The translations under genes and the position numbers were made by a program. From IMG/VR virus record IMGVR_UViG_3300000176_000001: 64,000 nucleotides of DNA. One strand, written 5' to 3'. Below are positions 1 to 9,990 of this stretch, one piece after another (position 1 is the stretch's first letter; every line of letters starts with the position of its first letter). The notes under the pieces are model-generated. The model was not told the DNA's origin and made no database searches. It saw only the letters and a program-made list of their open reading frames with translations. The DNA is from a virus.

Positions 1-530
1 TTTTGAATCTCTTTTTGCATATTGCTATGCTGTGTATCTTTTTGCTTGTCAGCATTAACTTCTTTGTTAGAAACTCTAGCATTGGCTGCAGTCTGTAATG
101 CTCTGGCACTTGCTGGTGCGTTTCTAGCTATAGATCCAACAGGAGCCTTTTGTGTGACTTGCTTACCGCCTGCACTAATAGCTGCATTAACACCCTCGGT
201 GACTTTAGGAAGCTGGTATGGCCCAGGCTTCTTAACACCGGCTGCCTTGTCTACCGCGCGCTTTAGTGTGTGATATCCTGCCTCAGTCTTGTGTGGAACA
301 GGAGGTGTTCCTGTCTTAAGATCACCTAGTGCTCTCCTTCTATTCACTGCACCTACAATTTCTGGAGACAACTCGGCAATGTACTCATCACTGATTGTAT
401 AGTCAGTGACGTTGCTCTTGTCATTGTAACCGGACTGGTCGCCGTTTTGGCGACCAGTACCGTTACCGATTGTAGGCTTGTCCATGGGCTCTTTTTTCTT
501 TCTTCCCATGACTTTTTCAAATATATTCAT
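1..530 (-). CDS. Hypothetical protein, probable internal head protein (3' end runs off the window)
   Basis: Open frame read manually from ATG at 530 (MNIFEKVMGRKKKEPMDKP...), TAATG-coupled to the upstream ORF; contains IAE and VTE gp21-type motifs; not in the ORF track. Confidence 0.7.
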   Translation of the reverse strand, partial: MNIFEKVMGRKKKEPMDKPTIGNGTGRQNGDQSGYNDKSNVTDYTISDEYIAELSPEIVGAVNRRRALGDLKTGTPPVPHKTEAGYHTLKRAVDKAAGVKKPGPYQLPKVTEGVNAAISAGGKQVTQKAPVGSIARNAPASARALQTAANARVSNKEVNADKQKDTQHSNMQKEIQ

Positions 531-1567
531 TATTCTACTTCATGCTGTTGTGCAATTGATGCAATCATCTCTAACTCAGCATCAGAGAACTCAACTTCTT
601 CTTTAGCAAGTCTTGATTTAATTTCATTTTTCTTTGATGCAACGTCTTGCTTGTTGATCATACCAGATTTTGTAGTTCTCATCGCTGATGCTGGCTTTGC
701 ATCTTTTAGTTTATCTCTTTTAAAATAATCTGATGACGTTTTACCAGGCTCGTTGCGTCCATAAGCATCTGTGTGTGCTTTAGTGTCAGCGTGTTCACCG
801 GCTTTTTCGCCATGCTTCTTTACGATCGCGGCTTTGATTCTGTCGCCTTGGTCGTGAACTTTATCGCCGTAGTTGTAGTCGGCGTCGGGATGCTGAGTAG
901 CAGCGTACGCGTGTATCTTCTTCTTTAAGCTGATCTCGTCGATCTGTTCAACTTCTTCCTTCATTGCTTTATGGCGTGCCATTGCACGGTCAATTTCATC
1001 ATCGTCATATGAATAATTCTTCTTTGCGAGTTGCTTTTTAAAGTGACCATGTTCTTTATCTCCAAGGACATGTCTTATCTTTTCATGCGAGTCAGCGTCA
1101 CCGACTTGTGAATTATCAGCATGAACAGCTCCAGTAACACGATGATGAATAGCAGAAGCCACATCTTTACCATGGGAGGTTTCAATTTTAGACTTTATAT
1201 CGTCTGCTTTCTTTTTACTACTTTTGATACTAGCAGGACTAGCATCAGACTCATGTCCATAATGCGCATTACTAAGATGATGATACAAGTTAGCTGCCAT
1301 ATGACCTAAACTAGCTTCAGTGATATGCTCGACTTCTTCTTTCTTTACACTCTCACACATGCAAGGTGACTTACCGCATGATGGGCATTTAGCTTCCATC
1401 ATCTTCTTCTTTTTATGAAGAATATTAAAGTCACCCTTATCGATCTTACCATTATGGTTCTTATCGATATTCTTAGCTTGTGCAGGAGTTAGTTTCTTCT
1501 CAAGGATCTCTCTAGCAGCCGCAATCATGGCTTCCGATAGACCTAAGTTTCCATTTGATTTTAGCAT
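530..1567 (-). CDS. Modular Lys/His-rich putative internal head protein
   Basis: 345 aa; modules separated by KEEVE-x-I-x-E motifs; shares a 103-aa module with the gp22 N-terminus. Confidence 0.75.
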   Translation of the reverse strand: MLKSNGNLGLSEAMIAAAREILEKKLTPAQAKNIDKNHNGKIDKGDFNILHKKKKMMEAKCPSCGKSPCMCESVKKEEVEHITEASLGHMAANLYHHLSNAHYGHESDASPASIKSSKKKADDIKSKIETSHGKDVASAIHHRVTGAVHADNSQVGDADSHEKIRHVLGDKEHGHFKKQLAKKNYSYDDDEIDRAMARHKAMKEEVEQIDEISLKKKIHAYAATQHPDADYNYGDKVHDQGDRIKAAIVKKHGEKAGEHADTKAHTDAYGRNEPGKTSSDYFKRDKLKDAKPASAMRTTKSGMINKQDVASKKNEIKSRLAKEEVEFSDAELEMIASIAQQHEVE

Positions 1568-1568
1568 G

Positions 1569-2441
1569 TTAGTATCCTTCTACTTCTACTTGTTGACCGT
1601 GTTTCATGTGCTCAGGCATCTTGACAATATACTTTTTTCTATCTAGTGTCTTTATGACAGACGAACCTTTGTGCTTATCAGAGATCTTATCTGCCGTGTC
1701 ATAGTCTACTAGGTGGGTGTTACCATCCTTAGCTAAAACCTTACCAAATGTAGCATGATCCTTGACGTGATAACCCTCAAAGATAACCTCTTCCTTCATA
1801 GGCGCACCTTTCTGTCCGATCTCTTTATTGGCCTTCTTACGACCCTTCTTAGCAGAGTCGTCCTCATCTGTCTCTGAGTTAACCTTGTCATCTGTCTTTG
1901 GATTAAGCTCGACCTCAGTAGTTCCACCTTTGACCTTCTTGGCGTCATCAAGATCATGGTCTTCGCTGTCGGTTGGCTTTGTCTTCTTTGAGCTAGGTGA
2001 CGGTGAATTCTTTTTGTCAGTAACCTCTACATCATCAAAGTTTTTATCTTTTGCCTCTGTGATCTTAGGCATTTTAGGTTGAAACATACTAGGAGTATTA
2101 TTCCAAACATTAGGCATCTTTGGAGTACTGCCTGTAGTAGTTACCGGAGTCTGAGAATTAGCAGGCGATGACATATTGTCAGGAGGACCCTTACCAAACA
2201 TAATGTCCTCTTTCTCGACTTTTTTCTTCTCGTCGATAATCTTAGTCTTAATCTCGCCTTGCTTTGCTAGCTCTGACTTAGGAGACATAACATTGTCATC
2301 CATGTGCTTTGGATTACGCTTATTAAATGTCTCGCGATCAACATTCTCGACATCCTTCATGCGGATCTTCGAGTTGCGATTCATGGCCATCTCTCTGATG
2401 ACGGACTCTAGAGACTTAAACTTGTTTTCCATCTTAGACAA
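1569..2441 (-). CDS. Hypothetical low-complexity charged protein, probable internal head protein
   Basis: 290 aa ORF in operon; IDE/ITE/IFE motifs. Confidence 0.7.
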   Translation of the reverse strand: MSKMENKFKSLESVIREMAMNRNSKIRMKDVENVDRETFNKRNPKHMDDNVMSPKSELAKQGEIKTKIIDEKKKVEKEDIMFGKGPPDNMSSPANSQTPVTTTGSTPKMPNVWNNTPSMFQPKMPKITEAKDKNFDDVEVTDKKNSPSPSSKKTKPTDSEDHDLDDAKKVKGGTTEVELNPKTDDKVNSETDEDDSAKKGRKKANKEIGQKGAPMKEEVIFEGYHVKDHATFGKVLAKDGNTHLVDYDTADKISDKHKGSSVIKTLDRKKYIVKMPEHMKHGQQVEVEGY

Positions 2442-2874
2442 CCTTTGTTATGGATCTTAGCATCCAATGATGCTTATAGTGTACATCTATTCTATCTTGT
2501 AGAAAGTTAGAATAGCCTACAGAGTTTTGTGCATCTGCGAGCTTTTGTGTATCTTTTAATAACTTAATAACGTTAAGGTTATCATCCATCAGTTTTGTCA
2601 TCATCGACAGAGGAGGTGGAATATTAGTTTCATCCTTAACGATAGATAGCTCGCTGAATCTAATAAAAGATCCAGGAGCATATCCATTCGATGTTCTAAT
2701 CTCTTCGGCGTGTCTGTCGACTGAATCGAAGATATCTTCATACATCTTTTGAAGGAACTTATGATTGCTATAAAAGTTTGGACCCTCCACATTCCAATGG
2801 AAATAGTGTGTCTTTAGGTACAGCGCGAAAACGCTGGCCAAGCAAACTTTCATCTGTTCAATCAGTTCATCCAT
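2434..2874 (-). CDS. dps: Dps/ferritin-like DNA-protection protein
   Basis: HYFHWNVEGPNFYSNH, D-x3-E ferroxidase motif and C-terminal KHHWML. Confidence 0.9.
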   Translation of the reverse strand: MDELIEQMKVCLASVFALYLKTHYFHWNVEGPNFYSNHKFLQKMYEDIFDSVDRHAEEIRTSNGYAPGSFIRFSELSIVKDETNIPPPLSMMTKLMDDNLNVIKLLKDTQKLADAQNSVGYSNFLQDRIDVHYKHHWMLRSITKVV

Positions 2875-3137
2875 TACTTTGTTACCTTCTTCTTCGTAAC
2901 TCTCTTAGGCTTAACAGGAGTAGGAGAGGCTTGTACAGCTTTCTTTCTGCCTCTCTTAGGCTTAACTGGCTCTTCTACGGCTTCAATAACAGGCTCAGGC
3001 GCAGGTGCAACTTCAGGTTCCTTAGGTTGCTCTGGCTCAGCCTTTACAGTCTCTTTAACACTCATTAGACGAGTTAGACCCCATCCAGCTAGTGCTATAA
3101 ATGCTATAACTAACAGTATTTCAAAGTTCTCGTTCAT
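2874..3137 (-). CDS. Small membrane-anchored protein with basic tail
   Basis: Likely start MNENFEIL; one TM helix followed by Pro/Glu and Lys/Arg-rich segments. Confidence 0.6.
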   Translation of the reverse strand: MNENFEILLVIAFIALAGWGLTRLMSVKETVKAEPEQPKEPEVAPAPEPVIEAVEEPVKPKRGRKKAVQASPTPVKPKRVTKKKVTK

Positions 3138-3138
3138 T

Positions 3139-3765
3139 TCAATCTCCATCTTTAAATATTTTAATAGAACCATCTGGTTGGGCATGATATGCCACAAACT
3201 TAACACCAGGGTGTTCCTTCTTCATTGCTAGCAAGGCTCTCAAATTAGTCTTACTATCGTCATACATCATCACTTTTTTATATCCATGTTTCTGTATGTA
3301 GTCTTTGATTATTCTTGTCTTTGCTACTGCCGGTGACTCATTAGATTTTTGAATGTTACCAGCGCGATGGACATGAATGTCATCAATATCAATTCCTTGA
3401 TTCTTAAATGTCTTTAAGAACTTATCTTTATCATCAAAGTCAGATCTTGCAGTATTTATAATTACTTTGCTGTGTGGATTCTTCTTCACTGTACCATGTA
3501 TTCTCTTAACTTTGCTTATCATCTTGTGTATAGGATGTGACTCATCATGAAACTTTTTTGCAGACTTAAACTCTTTAAAGTCATACTTTTCACCTGGTTT
3601 TAATTTATAGTCATTAAACTGAGAGTTACTGAGATACTTAACTATCTTACCACTACTATTTCTAACACGTACTTTAGCTGTAGTGTGAAACATCGTGTCA
3701 TCTATGTCAAATACATGCAACGCTGGTTTCTTCTCTTCATCTAAGAATTGTGTAAATCTAATCAT
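3139..3765 (-). CDS. HAD-superfamily (polynucleotide-phosphatase-like) protein with capsid-targeting-like N-terminus
   Basis: FDIDDT motif I, NTARS motif II, MYDDSKTNL motif IV; likely start MIRFTQFLDE at 3765. Confidence 0.75.
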   Translation of the reverse strand: MIRFTQFLDEEKKPALHVFDIDDTMFHTTAKVRVRNSSGKIVKYLSNSQFNDYKLKPGEKYDFKEFKSAKKFHDESHPIHKMISKVKRIHGTVKKNPHSKVIINTARSDFDDKDKFLKTFKNQGIDIDDIHVHRAGNIQKSNESPAVAKTRIIKDYIQKHGYKKVMMYDDSKTNLRALLAMKKEHPGVKFVAYHAQPDGSIKIFKDGD

Positions 3766-3766
3766 G

Positions 3767-4102
3767 TCAGCAATGCCACTTTCTAAGTGCCTTATTGATG
3801 CGTGAATCAGGATCATGAGCAGTCTTAGATCCCGTTAGTCTCTTCTTCATTCCACCCATTCTTGCACAGAATGACTTACGACGATTTGCAGCCTTACTAC
3901 CAGCCTTTAACTTAGAAGGCTCTGCAGTGACTGCAGTCTTAAGATGATGCCCTGGATTCTCTCTATTGTATCTATCAACACCAGCTTTAGACATACCGCC
4001 AGAAGGATTCTGATCCTTCTTGTTTAACTCTTCAAGATGCTTACCGCAAGTGCAGTTACCGTTACACTCAAATAAGTTTGAAAACTCTATAAAACTCTTC
4101 AT
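3767..4102 (-). CDS. Conserved basic T4-like phage protein (DUF6321-like) with capsid-targeting-like N-terminus
   Basis: MKSFIEF start; RRKSFCARMGGM...INKALRKWHC motif. Confidence 0.65.
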   Translation of the reverse strand: MKSFIEFSNLFECNGNCTCGKHLEELNKKDQNPSGGMSKAGVDRYNRENPGHHLKTAVTAEPSKLKAGSKAANRRKSFCARMGGMKKRLTGSKTAHDPDSRINKALRKWHC

Positions 4103-4764
4103 TCACCACCGTCACCCGAGCTTGAACTCTTACCTGGATAAGCAGAGTGCATCTTCATGTCAGAGCCTCTGAACTTCTTCTTTTCAACAGGAATCTTCTT
4201 GCCTGAAGCGTCTCTGACATACATCTCTTTGACAACTCTCTTAATTGTCGATAGGGTCTTACTATAACCTGGAGTCTGGCTTTTGTACACATCTGTTAGA
4301 GCAGTTGTGCCCATAAATCTGCTTGATGGATCATCAGAATTGTGTGATACTTTCTCAGCACCAGTATACTCTTCTTTTTTAGATTGAGAATCTATAAAGT
4401 CCTGCTTTGAAGGTGCACCCTTTGAACCGGGCTTACGCATATGCTCACCAGAGCCATGCTTGATTCTTTCTCTCTTTGCGTGAATGTTATCCCAAAGACC
4501 ACGCTTTTCTAATAGATCTTTATCGATTTCTGTTGCAGCTCCACCGGCTATAAATGAGTTGACCCTATTAAAAGCTAATTGCTCGTCTAGAGATGCGGCA
4601 AAGCCTCTCTTGTACACTTCTAAAAGTGTATCAAAAGAAATGCCACTCTGCTCTGACTTCTTATATAGGGAGATAATTTGCTTATGCGAAGGGGCTACGG
4701 CAACCCCCTGTTGCTCTACGAAAACTAGCTGAGGACTAGATTGGAGACTTATTTCTTTCGACAT
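4099..4764 (-). CDS. Modular hypothetical head-associated protein
   Basis: 221 aa; KSGISFDTLLEVYKRG...AFNRVNSF and GLWDNIHAKRERIKHGSGE modules; late promoter at 4829-4836. Confidence 0.65.
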   Translation of the reverse strand: MSKEISLQSSPQLVFVEQQGVAVAPSHKQIISLYKKSEQSGISFDTLLEVYKRGFAASLDEQLAFNRVNSFIAGGAATEIDKDLLEKRGLWDNIHAKRERIKHGSGEHMRKPGSKGAPSKQDFIDSQSKKEEYTGAEKVSHNSDDPSSRFMGTTALTDVYKSQTPGYSKTLSTIKRVVKEMYVRDASGKKIPVEKKKFRGSDMKMHSAYPGKSSSSGDGGE

Positions 4765-4831
4765 TGGTGTTTCCCTTAGGCTTAACCAAACAACAACGCA
4801 GGATTGCCGTAGCTTTCTGCAGCATTTGTAT

Positions 4832-6865
4832 TTATATTTTAGTACGCTTTGGCTTAGGCGGTTTCTTTGTTGCTAATGGCTTTTTTGCTGGTAAAGTCTT
4901 CTGCGTTGTTGCAGCTGGCTTAGTAGCAGCCGGTGTACCCCTTAGTTTATTGTTTTTCTTTTCCATCTCTTTCATGATCTCTCTGCGCTGTTGCTCTTTT
5001 CTAGCTTTCACACCAATAACGTCATCACGCTTGGCATATTTTCCAAGTGATATAGGATTAGTATCTTGATCGATCTTAATGTCCATACCCTGCTTAATAT
5101 CATTAAACAATTCCTTAGCATGCTCATCTTGCATATCTTTAGGAAGACCTTTCTTAAACTCACCAAACTTATTATTGATGGCATGTGATCTCTGTCTGGT
5201 AGCTGATACACTTGATGGATCCTCGGCATCAGCGTCAGGGTCTCTTGTTCCTGCTGAGACGACATCGATTCTCTTAAAGTTATACTCTTTACCATTATAT
5301 GTATCGAGTAACTTCTTAAACTCATCGACACGATCTGATCCAGCAACCATTATGAGATGATCGATGCCCTTGGCAGCTAGCTTCTTTGCTTGCTCAATAA
5401 CAGTAGGTGCATCTTTACCAGCAGCCTCTACATTAACACCAGGGAACATGCGCTTAGCGTGCTTTACCTTTTGTTCCGGTGTAAGTGGATTTTTCTCTGG
5501 ATCTTGTGTTCCTGAAAGCACAACGGTGTGACCGGCTTTTCTGTCTTTAGCTAACTCAAGTACCTTATCTGTAAGTACTTTATGACCAGCAGTAGGTGGA
5601 TTCATACGGCCAAATGCCATGACATGCGGGTTCTTAGTATCTGACTCCTCTGCAGGAGTAGCATCAGGGTCACCCTTACCACGATTATTAGCAAAATTAT
5701 TCTTACTGAACTCTGCACGATCCACGAGTTTTGTAGGTCTACCATTACGTGTAGCAACAAATCCTTCTGGCTTAACTTCTTTACCGCCGACGGTGTGCTT
5801 ATATGGTGTAGGGTTTCCTATAGCCTTGACAAGGACATCTTTAGCCTTTTGTAGATGACTGTGCATCTCAAAGAGTTTCTTAAACTCATCTTTCTTTTCT
5901 TTGGCATGGTCTATGACCTCGTCTGCAGCTGCAGCTATCTTCTGCTTGCCCTTGTCAGACTTAGCCTTATCCACATCTTTCTTTTTCTTAGCTTCAAGGA
6001 ACTGTATGTATCCTCCAATAGAAGGAATGGTGTCATCACGAACTGTCGAGTTGATATATGTCTTCATTGTTATCTCATGCTTCTCTAGATCATCTAGAGT
6101 TGCAGGATCCATCTCAGAGTATACTTTTGCAGCTTCTTCTTTATGCTTCTCAAACTCTTTCTGCATCGAGGAAGAGTAGCGTGTCTTAGACTGGTCAATC
6201 TGTGGATTGATTATATTGACATCAGGATCTTTCTGGAAAGCGTCCTGATCCACATCAAAACCTGCTTTCATGTCATCCAAGCTTTTACCTTCATACTTCG
6301 TGTGTACGACAAACCCCATTTCAGACTTATTAATCTTACGACCTTCAGGACCGTTTTTAGGAATAGAGTAAGTGATCGTATTAGGCGTAAAGCTATAATC
6401 GCTTGAGTTCTCATCTCCTGATAGATCTCCTTTATCATACATGAAGTCGCCTTGGTAGACTCCCTCAGGTTTACCCTTCTCATTCTTTGGCATGATCTTT
6501 GGTAAATGTTCTAGCGCGGCTTTAAGCTTAGCTACTAGACCAGGAGAGTGGCCATGATTGTTCTCAATGTCTTTAACTGTATAGTTGATCTTAGGCTCCT
6601 TGTTAAACACAGACTTGGATCCTACGAAGAATTTACCATTCTCTGGATTAATACCAAATACAATTGATGGAGATCCATCATACTTTGTCGTTATCGTAGA
6701 TCCACCAGCACCTGTCTTAAGAAAGTTATCGATGTCATCGAGAGTATCTGCTGCGTGTCCTACGCCTTCATGGCCACCATGGATTATGTGATCCTCGGCG
6801 TGCTCAAGATGCTTGAGCTTATCAACGTCTAAAGATTCAACTAAGAATGTTTTAAATGTTATCAT
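4832..6865 (-). CDS. Fusion of a ligase-like (KxDG) domain and a cytidyltransferase-like (HIGH-type) nucleotidyltransferase
   Basis: TTKYDGSP, EGFV and KLV ligase-like motifs; FGRMNPPTAGH and VAGSDRV cytidyltransferase motifs; MITFKTFLVE start. Confidence 0.75.
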   Translation of the reverse strand: MITFKTFLVESLDVDKLKHLEHAEDHIIHGGHEGVGHAADTLDDIDNFLKTGAGGSTITTKYDGSPSIVFGINPENGKFFVGSKSVFNKEPKINYTVKDIENNHGHSPGLVAKLKAALEHLPKIMPKNEKGKPEGVYQGDFMYDKGDLSGDENSSDYSFTPNTITYSIPKNGPEGRKINKSEMGFVVHTKYEGKSLDDMKAGFDVDQDAFQKDPDVNIINPQIDQSKTRYSSSMQKEFEKHKEEAAKVYSEMDPATLDDLEKHEITMKTYINSTVRDDTIPSIGGYIQFLEAKKKKDVDKAKSDKGKQKIAAAADEVIDHAKEKKDEFKKLFEMHSHLQKAKDVLVKAIGNPTPYKHTVGGKEVKPEGFVATRNGRPTKLVDRAEFSKNNFANNRGKGDPDATPAEESDTKNPHVMAFGRMNPPTAGHKVLTDKVLELAKDRKAGHTVVLSGTQDPEKNPLTPEQKVKHAKRMFPGVNVEAAGKDAPTVIEQAKKLAAKGIDHLIMVAGSDRVDEFKKLLDTYNGKEYNFKRIDVVSAGTRDPDADAEDPSSVSATRQRSHAINNKFGEFKKGLPKDMQDEHAKELFNDIKQGMDIKIDQDTNPISLGKYAKRDDVIGVKARKEQQRREIMKEMEKKNNKLRGTPAATKPAATTQKTLPAKKPLATKKPPKPKRTKI

Positions 6866-8073
6866 TTTAGTAAATCTTTCTTTAGTTGATCAATTTTAGA
6901 TTTTGAATTAGATTTAGCAGCTTCAAGTGAATTCTTAAATTTCTCTGAATAACTTTTTACGACACTATTATTTGGCCAAATAACAGCGCGTGCATTAGAA
7001 AAACCACCTTGATTTAAACCTTGTGCTTCTGATTTAATTAAAAACATTGCTGGTGAATATATATCATCTTTATTAGAGACAAAAGCAGGACCACCTAATA
7101 ATGGATTTACAGTAGTGTGATAACTACCTTGTAATTTAAATACATTAAGTCCTTTTCCTGCAACTGGAATAAACTTTATATCTCCATCTATAAGAATTGA
7201 ACAATTATTTAAACCTATAACTCCTGTAGAATAGTCTTTACCAAACATAACTTTATAAGCTACAGAAGCATCGCTAATTAATTTAGCAAAATTAGATCCT
7301 TTTTTCAATTGATTAAAATCATATCTTCCATTAGAATCTTTACTAAGACCTAAAGCTTTAAATATAGTTTCTACTTCTGTAATAAAATTATCAATTTCTG
7401 GAAATGACTTAGCAGTAGATTTATCAGTAACACCTAAATCTGCGGAGAAACCCCCATATTGTTGGAAATCGCCAGCTTTAGATCCTTTTTTATGAGACAC
7501 AAATATTTTTGATATTGTTCCATCTTTAAATACCATATCCGCTTTAGGTCGACCAGATACTTGCTCAAATATATTAACATCATATGACTGGTTTCCAACA
7601 ACTAATTTAATTGAACCGTATTCATTAATTAAATTTTGAAGTTGGTATTGAGTACTAACAACTTGTTCAGACTCTACAGCTTCAGTTTTATCTGATTCTG
7701 TAAGAACTTTGCTAGGATCTTTAGATAAAAAATAAGCAGCAATTAAGATTACTCTATTTTGCTTTGACATAGACAATGTTGGATCTATATTTTCAAATAC
7801 AGTTTTTGATACACCTGAAACAGATGTTTTTAATCCATCAGGATAAGAACTAAAACTTTTTATTGAGCTTTTGCCGACACGAAAAGCTACGCTTTTAGAG
7901 AAAATATAACATTTCCAACTTAAAGATGATTTTGATAATTCTCTAACAATATCAGAAGCTTCTTTATCGGCTAATATTCGGCTATATAAGGCATCGCGAT
8001 TTTTATTAGCAGAAGCAATAGCTTTTTCCATATCTAGTTCATTTTGAAATTTAGTCATGTAAACCTCTGTCAT
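6862..8073 (-). CDS. AT-rich hypothetical protein, possible PD-(D/E)XK-like nuclease
   Basis: 403 aa; KADMVF...VSHK...QQYGG motif; own late promoter at 8083-8090. Confidence 0.5.
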   Translation of the reverse strand: MTEVYMTKFQNELDMEKAIASANKNRDALYSRILADKEASDIVRELSKSSLSWKCYIFSKSVAFRVGKSSIKSFSSYPDGLKTSVSGVSKTVFENIDPTLSMSKQNRVILIAAYFLSKDPSKVLTESDKTEAVESEQVVSTQYQLQNLINEYGSIKLVVGNQSYDVNIFEQVSGRPKADMVFKDGTISKIFVSHKKGSKAGDFQQYGGFSADLGVTDKSTAKSFPEIDNFITEVETIFKALGLSKDSNGRYDFNQLKKGSNFAKLISDASVAYKVMFGKDYSTGVIGLNNCSILIDGDIKFIPVAGKGLNVFKLQGSYHTTVNPLLGGPAFVSNKDDIYSPAMFLIKSEAQGLNQGGFSNARAVIWPNNSVVKSYSEKFKNSLEAAKSNSKSKIDQLKKDLLK

Positions 8074-8093
8074 GTTTTACTATATTTATAATG

Positions 8094-8124
8094 AAAAAGG
8101 GGTGGACCCTATGGATCCACCCCT
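8094..8124 (-). terminator. Intrinsic terminator after the gp41 operon
   Basis: AGGGGTGGA/TCCACCCCT stem followed by a T-run on the minus strand. Confidence 0.75.
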
Positions 8125-8241
8125 CTCAGTGTTCTAAAAATAGTATGGCCGGGCGGAACCCCACCGTTTTCTCCCAGCTTTTCCTCGATTTTACGACTTG
8201 CCTCTTTGCTGTGCACAAGCAAAACATACCATTCTTTGCAG

Positions 8242-8454
8242 TTATTTATCAGAAACCCTAGCAAAAATCTGATCCACATTCGCTTTTTTTGTAAAAAAGT
8301 TAGGTGTCCAGCCATCAAATGCTGCACCGAAGTTTAGCTTACGAGACATAGTCTTAGCCTTGTGCTCATCATTGCTCTCAAAGATGATATGGTTAGTCGC
8401 ACTCTCGACTACACCGTACAACGAATCAAACTTCTTTACTTTATAGGATGTCAT
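8242..8454 (-). CDS. Hypothetical protein downstream of gp41
   Basis: 70 aa, ATGA-coupled to the helicase gene. Confidence 0.65.
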   Translation of the reverse strand: MTSYKVKKFDSLYGVVESATNHIIFESNDEHKAKTMSRKLNFGAAFDGWTPNFFTKKANVDQIFARVSDK

Positions 8455-9836
8455 TTGAACCCCGCAAACTTTGATTTATCGAACTTAGGTTTAGATCTCT
8501 CATTGTCTTCATGGCCGAACTTAGTCGTATCCATGATAGGCACGTCAATATCTGCTTCGTCTGTATCAAATAATCTCATCTTACTCCTGTCAACTCCCAA
8601 CACAAACTTCTTTATGCTGTTAGGATCAGCATAACGATTCTTCAGCTGCTTAACCATGATCTGACTTGACTCTGCCAACTCATCGGTAGAGATGAGTGCA
8701 AACATCAGATCTGCGGTAGCAGGAAGACCAAACGACTCTGAGGTGTCCTCGAGTCCAACATCACTGTTAGAGTAGCCAGACCTGGTGGTCTGTGTGGCTG
8801 ATATAAGTGGAACGTTAAACTCAACTGCTAGTCCACGAAGCTCCTCGGCGATAGCCTTGACATACGTGTATGAGTTAACGTTAGCACCAGCCTTCAAGCG
8901 TGACGACATGCATATATTTAGATAATCGACATATATAACATCTGGAATAAAGTTGCGCTTGATCTTCAGCTCGTTGAGTAAGTGCCTAAAGTTACCAGAG
9001 CCGGCACACGCTGTAGGATATTCCTTGATGATAAGTTTGCCCTTAGTCTTCTCACGAAGCTTGACTACCTTACGATCGTACATATCTTTCGGCATGTCTT
9101 TAAGCTGTGCGATATCGATGTCAAGTAAGTTAGCATCAATACGCTCTGCGATCTTCTCTTCAGACATCTCTAGAGTGATGTATAGAACATTGAGACCAGC
9201 CATGAGGTTAGCCGATGCGCAATGACACATGAAGAGCGATTTACCGACACCTGTACCGGCGAGAGCAATGTTGAGTGTCTTTCGTGGAAGACCGCCCTGC
9301 GTAATCTTATTAAAGTAGTCGAGGTCGAACGGTATGCGGACTTCCTTTGAGTGGTAAAACTCAAAACGGCCATCCGCATCTTCAAGGAAGTCATGCCCGA
9401 TGTGAGTGTCAAATGATACAGCCAAGGAATCTGAGAGAATTTGGGGAATAGAACCCTTCGACTTAGCTCCTGTCTTGTCATCCAAGATCTGGATCGAGGA
9501 CATGATCGCGTTGTATACGGCCTTCTCTTGACAGAACTTTTCTGTCTGGTCGAGTAGCCAGTCGATCTTCGTTTTATCATCTGTCGATAAGCCATCGACT
9601 AACTCCTTAGACTTATCATACGTCTCTTGACTAATGTTATCTTGATTACGAAGGTCTACGAGTAGAGCCTCCTTAGTAGGAAAGGAGTTGTACTTGTCGA
9701 CATACGTGTTAATGAGTTTAAATACATTCTTGTCTGTGAAGTCAGAGAAGTACTCATCCTTCAAAAACGGTATTACCTTGCGGCCGTAATCCTGGTTCAA
9801 TATCAAGTTGCTGAATATTAACTTTTCGATACTCAT
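8451..9836 (-). CDS. 41: DnaB-like replicative helicase gp41
   Basis: LAGTGVGKS Walker A, YVDYL Walker B, ATQTTRSG, SESFGLPATAD. Confidence 0.97.
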   Translation of the reverse strand: MSIEKLIFSNLILNQDYGRKVIPFLKDEYFSDFTDKNVFKLINTYVDKYNSFPTKEALLVDLRNQDNISQETYDKSKELVDGLSTDDKTKIDWLLDQTEKFCQEKAVYNAIMSSIQILDDKTGAKSKGSIPQILSDSLAVSFDTHIGHDFLEDADGRFEFYHSKEVRIPFDLDYFNKITQGGLPRKTLNIALAGTGVGKSLFMCHCASANLMAGLNVLYITLEMSEEKIAERIDANLLDIDIAQLKDMPKDMYDRKVVKLREKTKGKLIIKEYPTACAGSGNFRHLLNELKIKRNFIPDVIYVDYLNICMSSRLKAGANVNSYTYVKAIAEELRGLAVEFNVPLISATQTTRSGYSNSDVGLEDTSESFGLPATADLMFALISTDELAESSQIMVKQLKNRYADPNSIKKFVLGVDRSKMRLFDTDEADIDVPIMDTTKFGHEDNERSKPKFDKSKFAGFK

Positions 9837-9990
9837 CTAATCTCCCTGCGGCCCGCTCTTTAATCTCTCTCTTCTGCTCTGTATTAGCAGTGTACCAGTC
9901 TGTAGCCTCCTGTGATGATCTACCACAAGAGCTACAGACATAGTCATTCATTCTAAAACAACAAGAACCCTTACAGATGCCGTCTGACAT
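9754..9990 (-). CDS. Small Cys-rich DUF1289-like protein
   Basis: CxxxC...CxxCGRxxxExxxW pattern. Confidence 0.55.
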   Translation of the reverse strand: MSDGICKGSCCFRMNDYVCSSCGRSSQEATDWYTANTEQKREIKERAAGRLDEYRKVNIQQLDIEPGLRPQGNTVFEG

